The position numbers and the translations under genes were made by a program. A stretch of 64,000 nucleotides of DNA, taken from Pseudomonadales bacterium (GTDB taxonomy: Bacteria; Pseudomonadota; Gammaproteobacteria; Pseudomonadales; UBA7239). Shown here piece after piece: positions 1-9,397 of this stretch; the first letter of the stretch is position 1; every line of letters starts with the position of its first letter. The stretch spans positions 270,978 to 334,977 of the forward strand of contig JAWKZZ010000003.1 of NCBI GenBank assembly GCA_041395785.1, written 5' to 3'. The notes beneath the pieces were generated by a model. That model saw nothing but the letters and a program-made list of their open reading frames with translations. It was not told the DNA's origin and did not search any database.

Positions 1-150
1 GCACTGGAAGCTGGTAAAGATATAGAAATGCCCGTTGTGTTTATCGTTGATCAGGCGCTGCCGGCAGCGGTACACACGATAACATTGAGTTACACGCTAT
101 TTGATGTCACAGCGACAATGCAGACAGCCGAAGTAGCAAAAACGAATTAG
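1..150 (+). CDS. ctaG: cytochrome c oxidase assembly protein CtaG/Cox11, C-terminal fragment (5' end outside window)
   Basis: Frame 1 reads ALEAGKDIEMPVVFIVDQALPAAVHTITLSYTLFDV...KTN with stop at 148-150. ITLSYT(L/F)F is the conserved Cox11 C-terminal strand. It lies directly upstream of oxidase subunit III, as in Pseudomonas-type cox clusters. Confidence 0.7.
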   Translation, partial: ALEAGKDIEMPVVFIVDQALPAAVHTITLSYTLFDVTATMQTAEVAKTN

Positions 151-227
151 TTTTGAAATGAAAAAAGTGGGTTGTGAGTTTTTGGCAAAACCCGTGAGAA
201 ATAATGAAGTCATAGCTGGAGAACATT

Positions 228-1181
228 ATGGCAAGTGAACACAGTCAGCAGACCTACTATGTTCCAGAACAGAGCAAATACCCGCTTTTTGCTTCGGTGG
301 GCATCGGCATGATGCTAGTGGGGGTCTCAACTTGGCTGAACGATATTCGTGCAGCTAAAGAAAGCAGTCCAACACTGTTGATACTGGGTACATTGGTTCT
401 CTGTGCAGTTTTGTTTCGTTGGTTTGGTACGGCAATCAAAGAGAACATTCAAGGACTGAACAGCCCTCAGTTGAAGCGCTCTTACCGTATCGGTATGCAG
501 TGGTTTATTTTTTCTGAGGTGATGTTCTTTGCTACATTTTTTGGTGGCTTGTTCTATGTGCGTGCTCTGGTTGGTCCGTGGTTGTCGGGTGAAGGTGTAG
601 GCACCTTTACTAATGAACTGTTATGGAAAGGATTTACTTATAGCTGGCCTCTACTGGAAACACCGCAGCAAGCCATTGGTGGTGTTGCCAACCAGATTGT
701 TGCAAATACAGGTACTTTTATTGGTGCGCACAAAAGTATGTCGTGGCCTGGCGTGGCAGAAGCGGCGCACTGGTTGCCGCTGTGGAATACCCTCTTTTTA
801 GTGACATCTTCTATCACTTGTGAGTTTGCTCATCATGCATTAAAGGCAGAAAAACGCGGCGCGTTTAAATTATGGCTGTTTGTTACCTTGGTCTTGGCAT
901 TTGCTTTTGTGTATTTGCAAATTGTTGAATATCACGAAGCGTACACTGAATACGGTTTGACACTGAAGACAGGTATTTATGGCACTACCTTTTTTATGTT
1001 GACAGGCTTTCACGGCTTCCATGTGTGCCTGGGTGCATTTATGTTGCTGGTGATGTTCTTGCGTGCATTAAAAGGCCATTTCAATAAAGACGACCATTTT
1101 GGTTTTGAAGCGGCCAGTTGGTATTGGCACTTTGTTGATGTGGTTTGGTTGTTCTTGGTGGCTGTGGTTTATGTATTCTGA
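228..1181 (+). CDS. ctaE: cytochrome c oxidase (aa3-type) subunit III
   Basis: 317-aa polytopic protein with subunit III signatures (FIFSEVMFFATFF, TGFHGFHV, HFGFEAASWYWHFVDVVWLFL). Followed by a hairpin terminator. Confidence 0.9.
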   Translation: MASEHSQQTYYVPEQSKYPLFASVGIGMMLVGVSTWLNDIRAAKESSPTLLILGTLVLCAVLFRWFGTAIKENIQGLNSPQLKRSYRIGMQWFIFSEVMFFATFFGGLFYVRALVGPWLSGEGVGTFTNELLWKGFTYSWPLLETPQQAIGGVANQIVANTGTFIGAHKSMSWPGVAEAAHWLPLWNTLFLVTSSITCEFAHHALKAEKRGAFKLWLFVTLVLAFAFVYLQIVEYHEAYTEYGLTLKTGIYGTTFFMLTGFHGFHVCLGAFMLLVMFLRALKGHFNKDDHFGFEAASWYWHFVDVVWLFLVAVVYVF

Positions 1182-1200
1182 GGAATACACACGGTCAAGG

Positions 1201-1225
1201 AAAAGGCCCGCTAAGCGGGCCTTTT
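1201..1225. terminator. bidirectional rho-independent terminator
   Basis: AAAA-GGCCCGC-taa-GCGGGCC-TTTT sits between the convergent ctaE and the small membrane protein gene. Confidence 0.6.
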
Positions 1226-1247
1226 GTATGTGATGGTTATAGAGCGG

Positions 1248-1520
1248 TTAGTTTTGTGTTGGTTGTTGGATAACTGCTGGGTTGTTCCAAGGCGCATGCG
1301 ATTGCAGTTTGCCACTGTAGAAGCCGTAAACCATTGTAGAGAGCAGTGCAGTGGCTAAAGTGACGCGCACGATCAAGCTGTGAAATGTGCGTTTTGATTT
1401 TGGATCGCCGTTGTCTTTGAACAATACATACAAGCTCTGTGAGAGGCTGAGTGCCATGAGTAACAAAAGTACCAGTATGAGTATCTGTAGTTGCTGTGTG
1501 GACATATTGGCCTCGTGCAT
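1248..1520 (-). CDS. small two-TM membrane protein of the oxidase cluster (DUF2909-like)
   Basis: 90-aa ORF (or about 85 aa from the Met at 1505) with two hydrophobic helices (LQILILVLLLLMALSL; VTLATALLSTMVYGFY). A small opposite-strand gene occupies this slot in Pseudomonas-type cox clusters. Family assignment is from memory only. Confidence 0.5.
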   Translation of the reverse strand: MHEANMSTQQLQILILVLLLLMALSLSQSLYVLFKDNGDPKSKRTFHSLIVRVTLATALLSTMVYGFYSGKLQSHAPWNNPAVIQQPTQN

Positions 1521-1570
1521 GAATAGCGTTGTTCGCGGATATTATAGCGTTCGCAATAGCATCGGTTGTG

Positions 1571-2311
1571 ATGGATATGGCTCGCAAGTTTATATTTGAT
1601 TGGCGTGCAGCGGTGTTGGTTTTGTTACTGTTGCCGTTGATGATCGGTTTGGGGTTTTGGCAGTTATATCGCGCGAACCACAATAAGATGTTGTTGTTGC
1701 AAGCCGAGCAGCAAAGATTAGCACCACCCATGCCTTTGGTTGAGTTATTGCAGAAGATGGCTGGCTCCGTAGACCAAAAACAAATGGTTGCGTGGCATTT
1801 ACAGCCCGTGGTGTTGCGTGGTCGCTGGTCAGATAAAGTGTTTCTGTTGGAAAATCAGATTTATCAAGAGCGCAATGGTTATTATGTTTTTGGTGTGATG
1901 CAGCTTGATGGTGATGTTGGCTCGGTGTTGGTAAATCGTGGCTGGATTGCAGCGCCAGCCTTGCGTAGCGAGCTGCCCAGTATTCCGGTCGTTGCGGTGG
2001 ATGATGAAATGGGTGAGCTTTATGTGTCGCCATTATTGGGAGAGGATAAGTCGCTGTTTGCTGAACAAGGTTGGCCAAAACGCATAGGCAGAATGAATAT
2101 CCCCGGTGCTGAAGAAGAATTGCACACACCGTTGTTGCCTGTGGTGGTGCGGCTGAAAGAGGGCTCTCCTTCTGCATTGGCGGCGCAGTGGCCCATCGTG
2201 AATATTCAGCCGGAAAAAAATACGGCGTATGCCGTGCAGTGGTTCGCAATGGCGTTTGCGTTGTTGCTTTGTTACGGTTTTTACTCTTATAGAACTGAAT
2301 CGATTAAATAG
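1571..2311 (+). CDS. SURF1 family cytochrome oxidase biogenesis protein
   Basis: ORF 1529-2311. N-terminal TM (VLVLLLLPLMIGLGFWQL), LVNRGWI motif and C-terminal TM with YAVQWFAMAFAL are SURF1 hallmarks. The Met at 1571 is preferred because it sits just before the TM helix. Start uncertain. Confidence 0.8.
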   Translation: MDMARKFIFDWRAAVLVLLLLPLMIGLGFWQLYRANHNKMLLLQAEQQRLAPPMPLVELLQKMAGSVDQKQMVAWHLQPVVLRGRWSDKVFLLENQIYQERNGYYVFGVMQLDGDVGSVLVNRGWIAAPALRSELPSIPVVAVDDEMGELYVSPLLGEDKSLFAEQGWPKRIGRMNIPGAEEELHTPLLPVVVRLKEGSPSALAAQWPIVNIQPEKNTAYAVQWFAMAFALLLCYGFYSYRTESIK

Positions 2312-2324
2312 TGAGCGAAACTTT

Positions 2325-2936
2325 ATGACAGAACATGCGAGCGTGAATCAAAAGCCATATATGTTATTAGTGTTGGTGCTGATTCCCATTTTTGTTGTTT
2401 TGGCGGCATTTTTTGTTTTTTATACAGGCATTGGCATGCCAAAAGACACACGCAATAAAGGCGTGTTGATTGCGCCGCCCCAGCAAATTAATGACATCCA
2501 GTCATTGGACATACAAGGTAAATCCTTTGTGTTCGAGAGAAAAAAAGAAGAGTCACGATGGACATTCTTAACGGCACACAGCGCGACATGCAGTGATGAA
2601 TGTAAACAGCGTTTTTGGATGAAGCGTCAAACTCGCATCGCTTTGGGGCAATATCAAGAGAAAGTTCGCCGGGTGTGGTTGGTGACAGAAGGGAGGCTGG
2701 ATGACGAAACTGAACGGTGGCTGCAAAAAGAACATGCCGATGTCGTGGTGTTGTATGGCGATAACGCGAAATGGCAACAGCTGCTTGGTCAGTCCAATTA
2801 TCGTGTGACGGATGAAAATCAAACCAATTTCTTTTTGGTGGATCCTGATGGATTTGTGATGATGTATTACACCATGCAGAACACATACAAGGACATCATG
2901 ACCGACATGAAGTTTCTAATTAAGGATGTGGATTGA
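2325..2936 (+). CDS. membrane-anchored thioredoxin-fold protein, Sco/TlpA-like with CxxxC (CSDEC)
   Basis: ORF 2229-2936. The Met at 2325 precedes a single TM helix. RWTFLTAHSATCSDEC parallels GKWTLIFFGFTSCPDIC of the SCO protein at 4864-5523. FFLVDPDGFVMMYY resembles a thioredoxin-fold strand. Confidence 0.6.
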   Translation: MTEHASVNQKPYMLLVLVLIPIFVVLAAFFVFYTGIGMPKDTRNKGVLIAPPQQINDIQSLDIQGKSFVFERKKEESRWTFLTAHSATCSDECKQRFWMKRQTRIALGQYQEKVRRVWLVTEGRLDDETERWLQKEHADVVVLYGDNAKWQQLLGQSNYRVTDENQTNFFLVDPDGFVMMYYTMQNTYKDIMTDMKFLIKDVD

Positions 2937-3980
2937 GTGATGAGGCGTAGTCTGAGTTTTTATATTGCGAGTTTTGCACTCTGTGTTGCGGTAGTGGTTA
3001 TTGTACTCGGCGCGTATACCCGCTTGGTGCACGCAGGTTTGGGCTGCCCTGACTGGCCGACATGCTATGGCCATTATTGGGTGCCGAATACACCAGAAGA
3101 AATTCATACAGCGAATCAAAATTTTTCTGCCACACCCGTTGAAGTGGATAAAACTTGGCCGGAGCAAATCCACCGCATTTTTGCATCCAGTTTGGGGTTG
3201 TTAATTATTGGCTTGCTGATTGCAGTGATAAAAAATCGCAAAGCGGGTAAGCAGCCCGTTAAGTTGGCCGCATTTACTTTGTGCTTTGTTATCCTGCAGG
3301 GATTGTTCGGCATGTGGACAGTCACGCTGCTGTTATGGCCGCAAGTCGTAACAGCACATTTGTTGGGCGGTTTCACTACGCTATCTCTGTTGTGGTTATT
3401 AGTGCAGCGTTTGGGGGGCTTCGCTTGGACATTGTCAAAAACTGCACAGCAAAAAATTGTCCGCTTGCGTGGATTGGCAGTGGCAAGTTTGTTAGCGGTG
3501 ATTTTGCAAATCGCACTGGGTGGTTGGACGACTTCAAACTATGCAGCCTTAGCTTGTCCGGACTTGCCGACCTGTCACGGCGCATGGTTACCGGAAATGG
3601 ATTTTTCTGCCGGCTTTAATGTGCTGCAACATATCGGCCCCAATTATTTGGGCGGCCAGTTAGATAACACGGCGCGCACAGCTATTCACTTTGCACACCG
3701 TGTGGGTGCGGTTGTGGTCACGCTGGTGTTGCTGTCATTGGTGACGCTGCTATGGCGCATCGGTATTGCAGAAAGTCGCAGAATGGCGGCTATTGTTTTA
3801 TCGGTATTGCTGATGCAATTGGCATTGGGTATTAGCAATGTGTGGTTTGGTTTGCCGCTGCTGGTAGCCGTTTCGCATAATGCGGTGGGTGCATTATTGT
3901 TATTGGTGATGGTGACATTGAATCATCGTGTATTCTCTGTGCAATTCCACACAGCGGCTGAAGAAAAACAATATGAGTGA
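2937..3980 (+). CDS. ctaA: heme A synthase (COX15/CtaA)
   Basis: 347-aa, about 8-TM protein with paired Cys motifs GCPDWPTCYG and ACPDLPTCHG plus conserved His residues (HRIFAS, HFAHR). Lies upstream of the heme O synthase gene. Confidence 0.85.
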   Translation: MMRRSLSFYIASFALCVAVVVIVLGAYTRLVHAGLGCPDWPTCYGHYWVPNTPEEIHTANQNFSATPVEVDKTWPEQIHRIFASSLGLLIIGLLIAVIKNRKAGKQPVKLAAFTLCFVILQGLFGMWTVTLLLWPQVVTAHLLGGFTTLSLLWLLVQRLGGFAWTLSKTAQQKIVRLRGLAVASLLAVILQIALGGWTTSNYAALACPDLPTCHGAWLPEMDFSAGFNVLQHIGPNYLGGQLDNTARTAIHFAHRVGAVVVTLVLLSLVTLLWRIGIAESRRMAAIVLSVLLMQLALGISNVWFGLPLLVAVSHNAVGALLLLVMVTLNHRVFSVQFHTAAEEKQYE

Positions 3981-4851
3981 AACTGTTGTGCGAGAACGCG
4001 CATTGTGGCGTGACTATTTAGAGTTGTGTAAGCCGAATGTTGTGGCTTTGATGATTCTGACTTCCGTGATCGGTATGTTGTTGTCAGTGCCGGGAGCGGT
4101 GCCGTGGTCGGTGCTGATTTTTGGCAATCTCGGCATCGCGTTGTGTGCGGCAGCGGCAGCGGCGGTAAATCATATCGTTGATCAGCATATTGATCTGAAA
4201 ATGGCGCGCACGCTCAACCGTCCCGTGGCACAGGGGCGTATCAATAGCCAGCAGGCGATGCTATTTGCCGCCGTGTTGGGTATTGCGGGCATGTTGGTGC
4301 TGAAAATTTTTACGAATAATCTGACGATGTGGCTGACCTTTGCGGCGCTTATTGGCTACGCTTTTGTCTACACGCGCTTTCTCAAACGCGCTACGCCGCA
4401 AAATATTGTGATCGGTGGTTTGGCGGGTGCTGTGCCGCCGTTGTTGGGTTGGACGGCCGTAACGAATCACATCCATCACGATGCCTTGTTATTGGTGTTG
4501 GTGATTTTTGCATGGACGCCGCCGCATTTTTGGGCCTTGGCCATTCATCGCCGCGATGAATATGCAAAAGCGGGTATTCCGATGATGCCGGTTACACACG
4601 GCATTAAATTAACGGCACTGCATGTCATTTTATATACCGTGATGTTAATCGTGATTACTTTGTTGCCGTTTGCAACCGGCATGTTCGGCTGGCTGTATTT
4701 GGTGAGTGCGGTGGTGTTGGGCGCAGGATTTTTGTATTGGTCAGTCCAGTTGTACTGCGAAAAACCCAAGGCGGGCATGGAGACCTTTAAGTATTCCATT
4801 ATTTATTTAATGGCACTGTTTGTGGTCATGCTGTTGGATCATTATTTGTAA
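3973..4851 (+). CDS. cyoE: protoheme IX farnesyltransferase (heme O synthase)
   Basis: UbiA-family prenyltransferase (YLELCKPNVV, NHIVDQHIDLKMARTLNRP, WTPPHFWALA). The ATG at 3973 overlaps the ctaA stop by 8 nt. The upstream part of ORF 3928-4851 lies inside ctaA. Confidence 0.9.
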   Translation: MSETVVRERALWRDYLELCKPNVVALMILTSVIGMLLSVPGAVPWSVLIFGNLGIALCAAAAAAVNHIVDQHIDLKMARTLNRPVAQGRINSQQAMLFAAVLGIAGMLVLKIFTNNLTMWLTFAALIGYAFVYTRFLKRATPQNIVIGGLAGAVPPLLGWTAVTNHIHHDALLLVLVIFAWTPPHFWALAIHRRDEYAKAGIPMMPVTHGIKLTALHVILYTVMLIVITLLPFATGMFGWLYLVSAVVLGAGFLYWSVQLYCEKPKAGMETFKYSIIYLMALFVVMLLDHYL

Positions 4852-4863
4852 TTAAGGTATCAC

Positions 4864-5523
4864 ATGAGTGAAAAACTAAAGATTCGCCTGACGGTTTTAG
4901 TCTTGGTACTTTTTATGGCCGGCTTAGTGGCTGGCTTTGTGCACCGCATGATGCAGCCTAATATTTTTAGCAAAGAGAAGATGGAAACATACGGCGGTTA
5001 TTTTTTTGATAAGCCGCGCATTTTTCGCGATCCAGTTTTGATTGATCAAGAAGGCAAGGTTTTTGATCCAAAGTTTTTCCAAGGCAAATGGACGCTCATT
5101 TTTTTTGGCTTTACATCGTGCCCCGATATTTGCCCAACCACACTGGCGGTGTTGGATAAGTTTTATCGCGCGTTACAGGAAAAGCATGAGGCGGATGGCG
5201 TGCAAGTGGTGTTGCTCTCTGTCGACCCTGCTAGAGATACGCCGCAAAAACTGAAAGCGTATACGGCGTATTTTAATCCGACGTTTTATGGGATGACGGG
5301 CGAGCATTTGGATTTGGTGCGTTTTGCAACAGACTTGAGTGCAGGATTTACCAAAGCGCCGATAGATGGCGGCGGTTATTTAATGGAGCACAGCGGCAAT
5401 TTGGCGGTGATCAATCCGCGCGGCCACTACCACGGTTTTTTCAAACCACCGTTTGATCCACAGAATTTGCACATGGCGTTTAACTCGGTGCGTGCGCAGT
5501 ACGAAAGAGATTTTGGCGAATAA
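4864..5523 (+). CDS. SCO family copper chaperone (Sco1/SenC)
   Basis: N-terminal TM anchor, CPDIC CxxxC motif, SVDPARDTP and downstream His (MEHSGN) are typical of Sco1/SenC. Confidence 0.9.
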   Translation: MSEKLKIRLTVLVLVLFMAGLVAGFVHRMMQPNIFSKEKMETYGGYFFDKPRIFRDPVLIDQEGKVFDPKFFQGKWTLIFFGFTSCPDICPTTLAVLDKFYRALQEKHEADGVQVVLLSVDPARDTPQKLKAYTAYFNPTFYGMTGEHLDLVRFATDLSAGFTKAPIDGGGYLMEHSGNLAVINPRGHYHGFFKPPFDPQNLHMAFNSVRAQYERDFGE

Positions 5524-5529
5524 AATGCG

Positions 5530-5955
5530 TTACATGAAGCCCAGTTTTTTGAGTTGGGCTTCCATCTCCGCCCAGCTCCAAAATGCGCTCATACGCGTGA
5601 TCTTTCCTTCATCGTTCACTTCGTAAATCGCCACCATTTCAACTTCCGTTTTTCCTTTGCCCATATCGTTGACGGCGGTTTGCAACACGGCGCAGGAGCG
5701 CTCGCCGCTGGGGATGCGCTTGTGAACATGGATGGTTAATTGCGATGGTCCGATCACCATATCCCAAAACTTAGCAATCGCCGCTTTGCCGCGATGTCCT
5801 GCTCCCGTCGCATCAAACGGTGAGATGCCTACAGGGTCTTGTACAACAGCGTCATCTGCATACAGCGCCAACCAGCCTTCGCGATCGCCTTGCGCAGCGA
5901 GCGCAACGGATTGCATATTGGCTTTGATGGCGAGGTGTTCGGTGTTTGTGCTCAT
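5530..5955 (-). CDS. SnoaL-like / NTF2-fold (ketosteroid isomerase-like) protein
   Basis: 141 aa. The pattern GDREGWLALYADDAVVQDPVG...GKAAIAKFWD resembles the NTF2/SnoaL superfamily. No specific function is inferable. Confidence 0.55.
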   Translation of the reverse strand: MSTNTEHLAIKANMQSVALAAQGDREGWLALYADDAVVQDPVGISPFDATGAGHRGKAAIAKFWDMVIGPSQLTIHVHKRIPSGERSCAVLQTAVNDMGKGKTEVEMVAIYEVNDEGKITRMSAFWSWAEMEAQLKKLGFM

Positions 5956-5994
5956 GTGCGATGCTCTAAAAATTAAATGAGAAGAATTGAAAAA

Positions 5995-7460
5995 CTAATC
6001 CAGTTTCAGTGATGACCACAGTGCATCGACGCGCTGCTTTACGCTGTCATCCATCGCTATCGGTTTTCCCCATTCGCGTTGTGTTTCGCCAGGCCATTTG
6101 TGTGTGGCATCCAGTCCCATTTTGGAGCCGAGACCGGAAATGGGAGACGCAAAATCCAAATAATCGATAGGCGTGTTGTCGACCAGTACCGTGTCGCGTA
6201 TCGGATCCATGCGTGTAGTAATTGCCCACACCACATCTTTCCAATCGCGCGCGTTTACATCGTCGTCAGTCACGATAACAAATTTGGTATACATAAATTG
6301 ACGCAAGAAAGACCACACACCCATCATTACGCGCTTGGCGTGGCCGGGATATTGTTTTTTCATGGTCACCACGGCGAGGCGGTATGAACAGCCTTCAGGC
6401 GGCAAATAAAAATCGGTAATTTCTGGAAATTGTTTTTGCAGCAGTGGCACAAACACTTCATTCAGGGCGACGCCGAGAATGGCTGGTTCATCGGGTGGAC
6501 GGCCGGTGTAAGTGCTGTGATAAATCGGGTTATTGCGATGCGTGATGCGCTCCACCGTAAACACGGGAAGCGATCCACTTCGTTGTAATAGCCGGTGTGG
6601 TCGCCAAACGGTCCTTCATCAGCCATGTCGTCGAGATGGATCACGCCTTCTAAAATAATTTCTGCGGAAGCAGGGACTTGTAAATCATTGCCAATACTTT
6701 TGACGACTTCTGTTTTTTCACCGCGCAGTAAACCGGCGAACGCGTATTCCGACAGTGTGTCCGGCACGGGCGTAACAGCGCCCAAAATAGTGGCGGGATC
6801 TGCGCCCAGCGCGACCGAAACGGGAAACGGTTTACCTGGGTATTGTTGTTGCCATTCGCGAAAGTCGAGTGCGCCGCCGCGATGCGACAACCAACGCATG
6901 ATCAAACGGTTTTTGCCGATCAATTGCATGCGGTAGATGCCGAGATTTTGTCGTTCTTTGTGTGGGCCGCGCGTGATCACGAGTGGCCAAGTGATTAGCG
7001 GTGCGGCATCGTCTGGCCAGCAAGTTTGTATGGGCAGTTGCTGTAAATCGACAGCATCGCCTTCCAAAATATTTTCTTGGCAGGGCGCGTGGCGCAACAC
7101 TTTCGGCGCCATGTTCAGCACTTGTTTCAGTGTGGGCAGTTGGCCGATTAAATCGCGGAAGCCTTTCGGCGGTTCCGGTTCTTTCAGATATGCCAGTAAT
7201 TTGCCGACATCGCGTAAATCATCCACCGACTCACGCCCCATGCCGAGCGCGACGCGTTTTTCTGTGCCGAATAAATTGGCCAGCACTGGCGTTTGGTAGC
7301 CTTTGGGATTTTCAAACAGCAGAGCAGGGCCGCCAGCGCGCAACACGCGATCGCAAATCTCGGTCATTTCTAAGTGTGGATCCACTTCGACAGAGATTCG
7401 CTTCAGTTCGCCGTGCTTTTCAAGGAAGGTGATAAATTCGCGCAGATCTTTGAATTTCAT
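5995..7460 (-). pseudogene. ubiD: UbiD family decarboxylase (4-hydroxy-3-polyprenylbenzoate decarboxylase), split by a 1-nt deletion
   Basis: ORF 6462-7460 (N part, ...[17 protein letters not shown]) and ORF 5995-6564 (C part, [26 protein letters not shown]...) are collinear with E. coli UbiD. Adding one base near 6564/6565 restores a 488-aa frame. Confidence 0.9.
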
Positions 7461-7487
7461 CGCGGTGCTTTTCCTTCCGGTGAGTCA

Positions 7488-8747
7488 TTACTTCCGTTTC
7501 ATCGACGCAAAGAATTCTTCGTTGGTTTTACAGTCTTTCAACTTGTCGACCAAGAATTCTGTCGCTGGCGTGTCTTCCATGTCATGCAGCAATTTGCGCA
7601 AAATCCATGCTTTTTGCATTTCATCTTCTGCCATCAACAATTCTTCGCGGCGTGTGCCAGAGCGGCGAATGTTGATCGCAGGGTAGACGCGTTTCTCGGC
7701 GATCTTGCGATCCAAATGCAGCTCCATGTTGCCGGTGCCTTTGAATTCTTCGTAGATCACTTCGTCCATTTTGGAGCCGGTGTCGATCAGCGAGGTGGCG
7801 ATGATGGTGAGGCTGCCGCCGTGTTCGATATTGCGCGCGGCGCCGAAGAAACGCTTGGGGCGCTCCAGTGCGTTGGCATCCACGCCGCCGGTCAATACTT
7901 TGCCCGACGATGGCACCACGGTGTTGTAAGCGCGGGCGAGACGGGTGATGGAGTCCAGCAGGATGATGACATCTTGTTTGTGCTCGACCAGTCGTTTGGC
8001 GCGCTCGATCACCATTTCGGCCACTTGCACATGGCGCGTGGGTGGTTCATCAAAGGTGGAGGCGATGACTTCGCCGCGCACGGAGCGCTGCATTTCGGTC
8101 ACTTCCTCTGGGCGCTCGTCGATCAGCAGCACGATCAAATGGCACTCAGGGTTGTTGCGCGTGATGGCCTGCGCGATGTTCTGCATCATGATGGTTTTGC
8201 CCGCTTTGGGCGGTGCAACGATCAAGCCGCGCTGACCTTTGCCGATAGGAGAGATGAGATCGATGATGCGGCCGGTCAAATCTTCTCGCGAGCCGTTGCC
8301 CGATTCCAGCTTCAGGCGCTGGTTGGGGAACAGCGGTGTTAAGTTTTCAAACAGGGCTTTGTTCTTGGTGCCTTCAGGGCGGTCGCCGTTGATGGTGTCG
8401 ACTTTCAGCAGCGCAAAGTAGCGCTCGCCCTCTTTCGGTGGGCGAATTTTGCCAATGACCTCGTCGCCGGTACGCAAGTTGAAACGGCGAATCTGGCTGG
8501 GCGATACATAGATGTCATCGGGGCCGGCCAAGTAAGAGGAGCTGGCGGAGCGCAGAAAGCCGAAGCCGTCTTGCAGAATCTCCAATACGCCTTCGCCGCT
8601 GATCTCTTCGCCGCTTTTGGCGTGGCGCTTGAGGATAGTGAAGATCACATCCTGTTTGCGATTGCGCGCCATGTTTTCTAGGCCGATGCTCTCGGCAATT
8701 TGCAGCAATTCTTCGATGGGTTTGGCTTTCAGATCCGTTAGGTTCAT
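7488..8747 (-). CDS. rho: transcription termination factor Rho
   Basis: 419 aa with the N-terminal RNA-binding domain (FGFLR) and Walker A (PPKAGKT). The full-length match to Rho is unmistakable. Confidence 0.97.
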   Translation of the reverse strand: MNLTDLKAKPIEELLQIAESIGLENMARNRKQDVIFTILKRHAKSGEEISGEGVLEILQDGFGFLRSASSSYLAGPDDIYVSPSQIRRFNLRTGDEVIGKIRPPKEGERYFALLKVDTINGDRPEGTKNKALFENLTPLFPNQRLKLESGNGSREDLTGRIIDLISPIGKGQRGLIVAPPKAGKTIMMQNIAQAITRNNPECHLIVLLIDERPEEVTEMQRSVRGEVIASTFDEPPTRHVQVAEMVIERAKRLVEHKQDVIILLDSITRLARAYNTVVPSSGKVLTGGVDANALERPKRFFGAARNIEHGGSLTIIATSLIDTGSKMDEVIYEEFKGTGNMELHLDRKIAEKRVYPAINIRRSGTRREELLMAEDEMQKAWILRKLLHDMEDTPATEFLVDKLKDCKTNEEFFASMKRK

Positions 8748-8944
8748 AGGCTTTTTGTGGGCTTCACAATGAATGGAGGGGTAAATGGGACTTACAAGCG
8801 ACAGATAGCAGTGCTACTGAGCGTTTTGAAGGATTGAGGAAAGATTTTTTTGTGCAGCGCTGTCGATTTGTTGGGAGGCGACTTATAGGGGCTGCTTCAA
8901 GACGGGTTAACTATATGACTCTTGGCTTGATCTTGTCCAGAGGG

Positions 8945-8974
8945 CAAAGAGAGGAAACCTCAGTGTTTCCTCTC
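8945..8974 (-). terminator. weak hairpin terminator/attenuator after trxA, in the rho leader
   Basis: 10-bp stem GAGAGGAAAC/GTTTCCTCTC with a 6-nt loop, 13 nt downstream of the trxA stop. It is followed by only UUU on the minus-strand transcript. Confidence 0.4.
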
Positions 8975-8986
8975 CTGTGCCGACAG

Positions 8987-9313
8987 TTACAGATTGCTGT
9001 TGATGAACTCGATCAACTGCACTTTGGATAGCGCGCCCACCTTGGTGCCTTCCAAACTGCCATTTTTAAAAATCATCAGGGTAGGGATGCCGCGAATGCT
9101 GAACTTGGCCGGTGTTTCCTTATTGGCATCCACATCCATTTTGCAAATCTTCACTTTGCCTGCAAATTCTTTCGCCAGCTCGTCCAAAATGGGGGCGATC
9201 ATTTTGCAGGGGCCGCACCACGCCGCCCAGAAATCTACCAATACAGGCGTGCCGGATTTCAAAACATCAGCGTCAAAGCTGGCATCGGTAACATGGACAA
9301 TGGCATTGCTCAT
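8987..9313 (-). CDS. trxA: thioredoxin 1
   Basis: WCGPC active site. [18 protein letters not shown]...[14 protein letters not shown] is collinear with TrxA. The Met at 9313 is chosen over the upstream ORF start at 9346. Confidence 0.95.
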   Translation of the reverse strand: MSNAIVHVTDASFDADVLKSGTPVLVDFWAAWCGPCKMIAPILDELAKEFAGKVKICKMDVDANKETPAKFSIRGIPTLMIFKNGSLEGTKVGALSKVQLIEFINSNL

Positions 9314-9397
9314 GGCGTTCTCCAGTGCGGTTAAGAGGGGCGGCAATCATAGCGCAAGCTAAACTCAGCTCCAAGATTGACTTGGTTTCCGTGGTAA

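Noticed and set aside
1237-1731. 164-aa minus-strand ORF overlapping the small TM protein gene and the SURF1 start
   Set aside because: It sits in a different frame from the plausible 90-aa two-TM protein, overlaps SURF1, and has Cys/Asn-rich junk composition.
7374-8342. 322-aa ORF on the plus strand opposite rho
   Set aside because: It lies entirely antisense to a perfectly conserved rho gene. Its composition is repetitive and rich in D, G, H, F and Q, as expected for a shadow frame of a codon-biased gene. It has no independent start context or motif.
8834-9031. 65-aa plus-strand ORF in the rho-trxA spacer
   Set aside because: It overlaps the trxA 3' end and the trxA terminator hairpin, with no SD sequence or conservation signal. 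The spacer is the expected rho leader.
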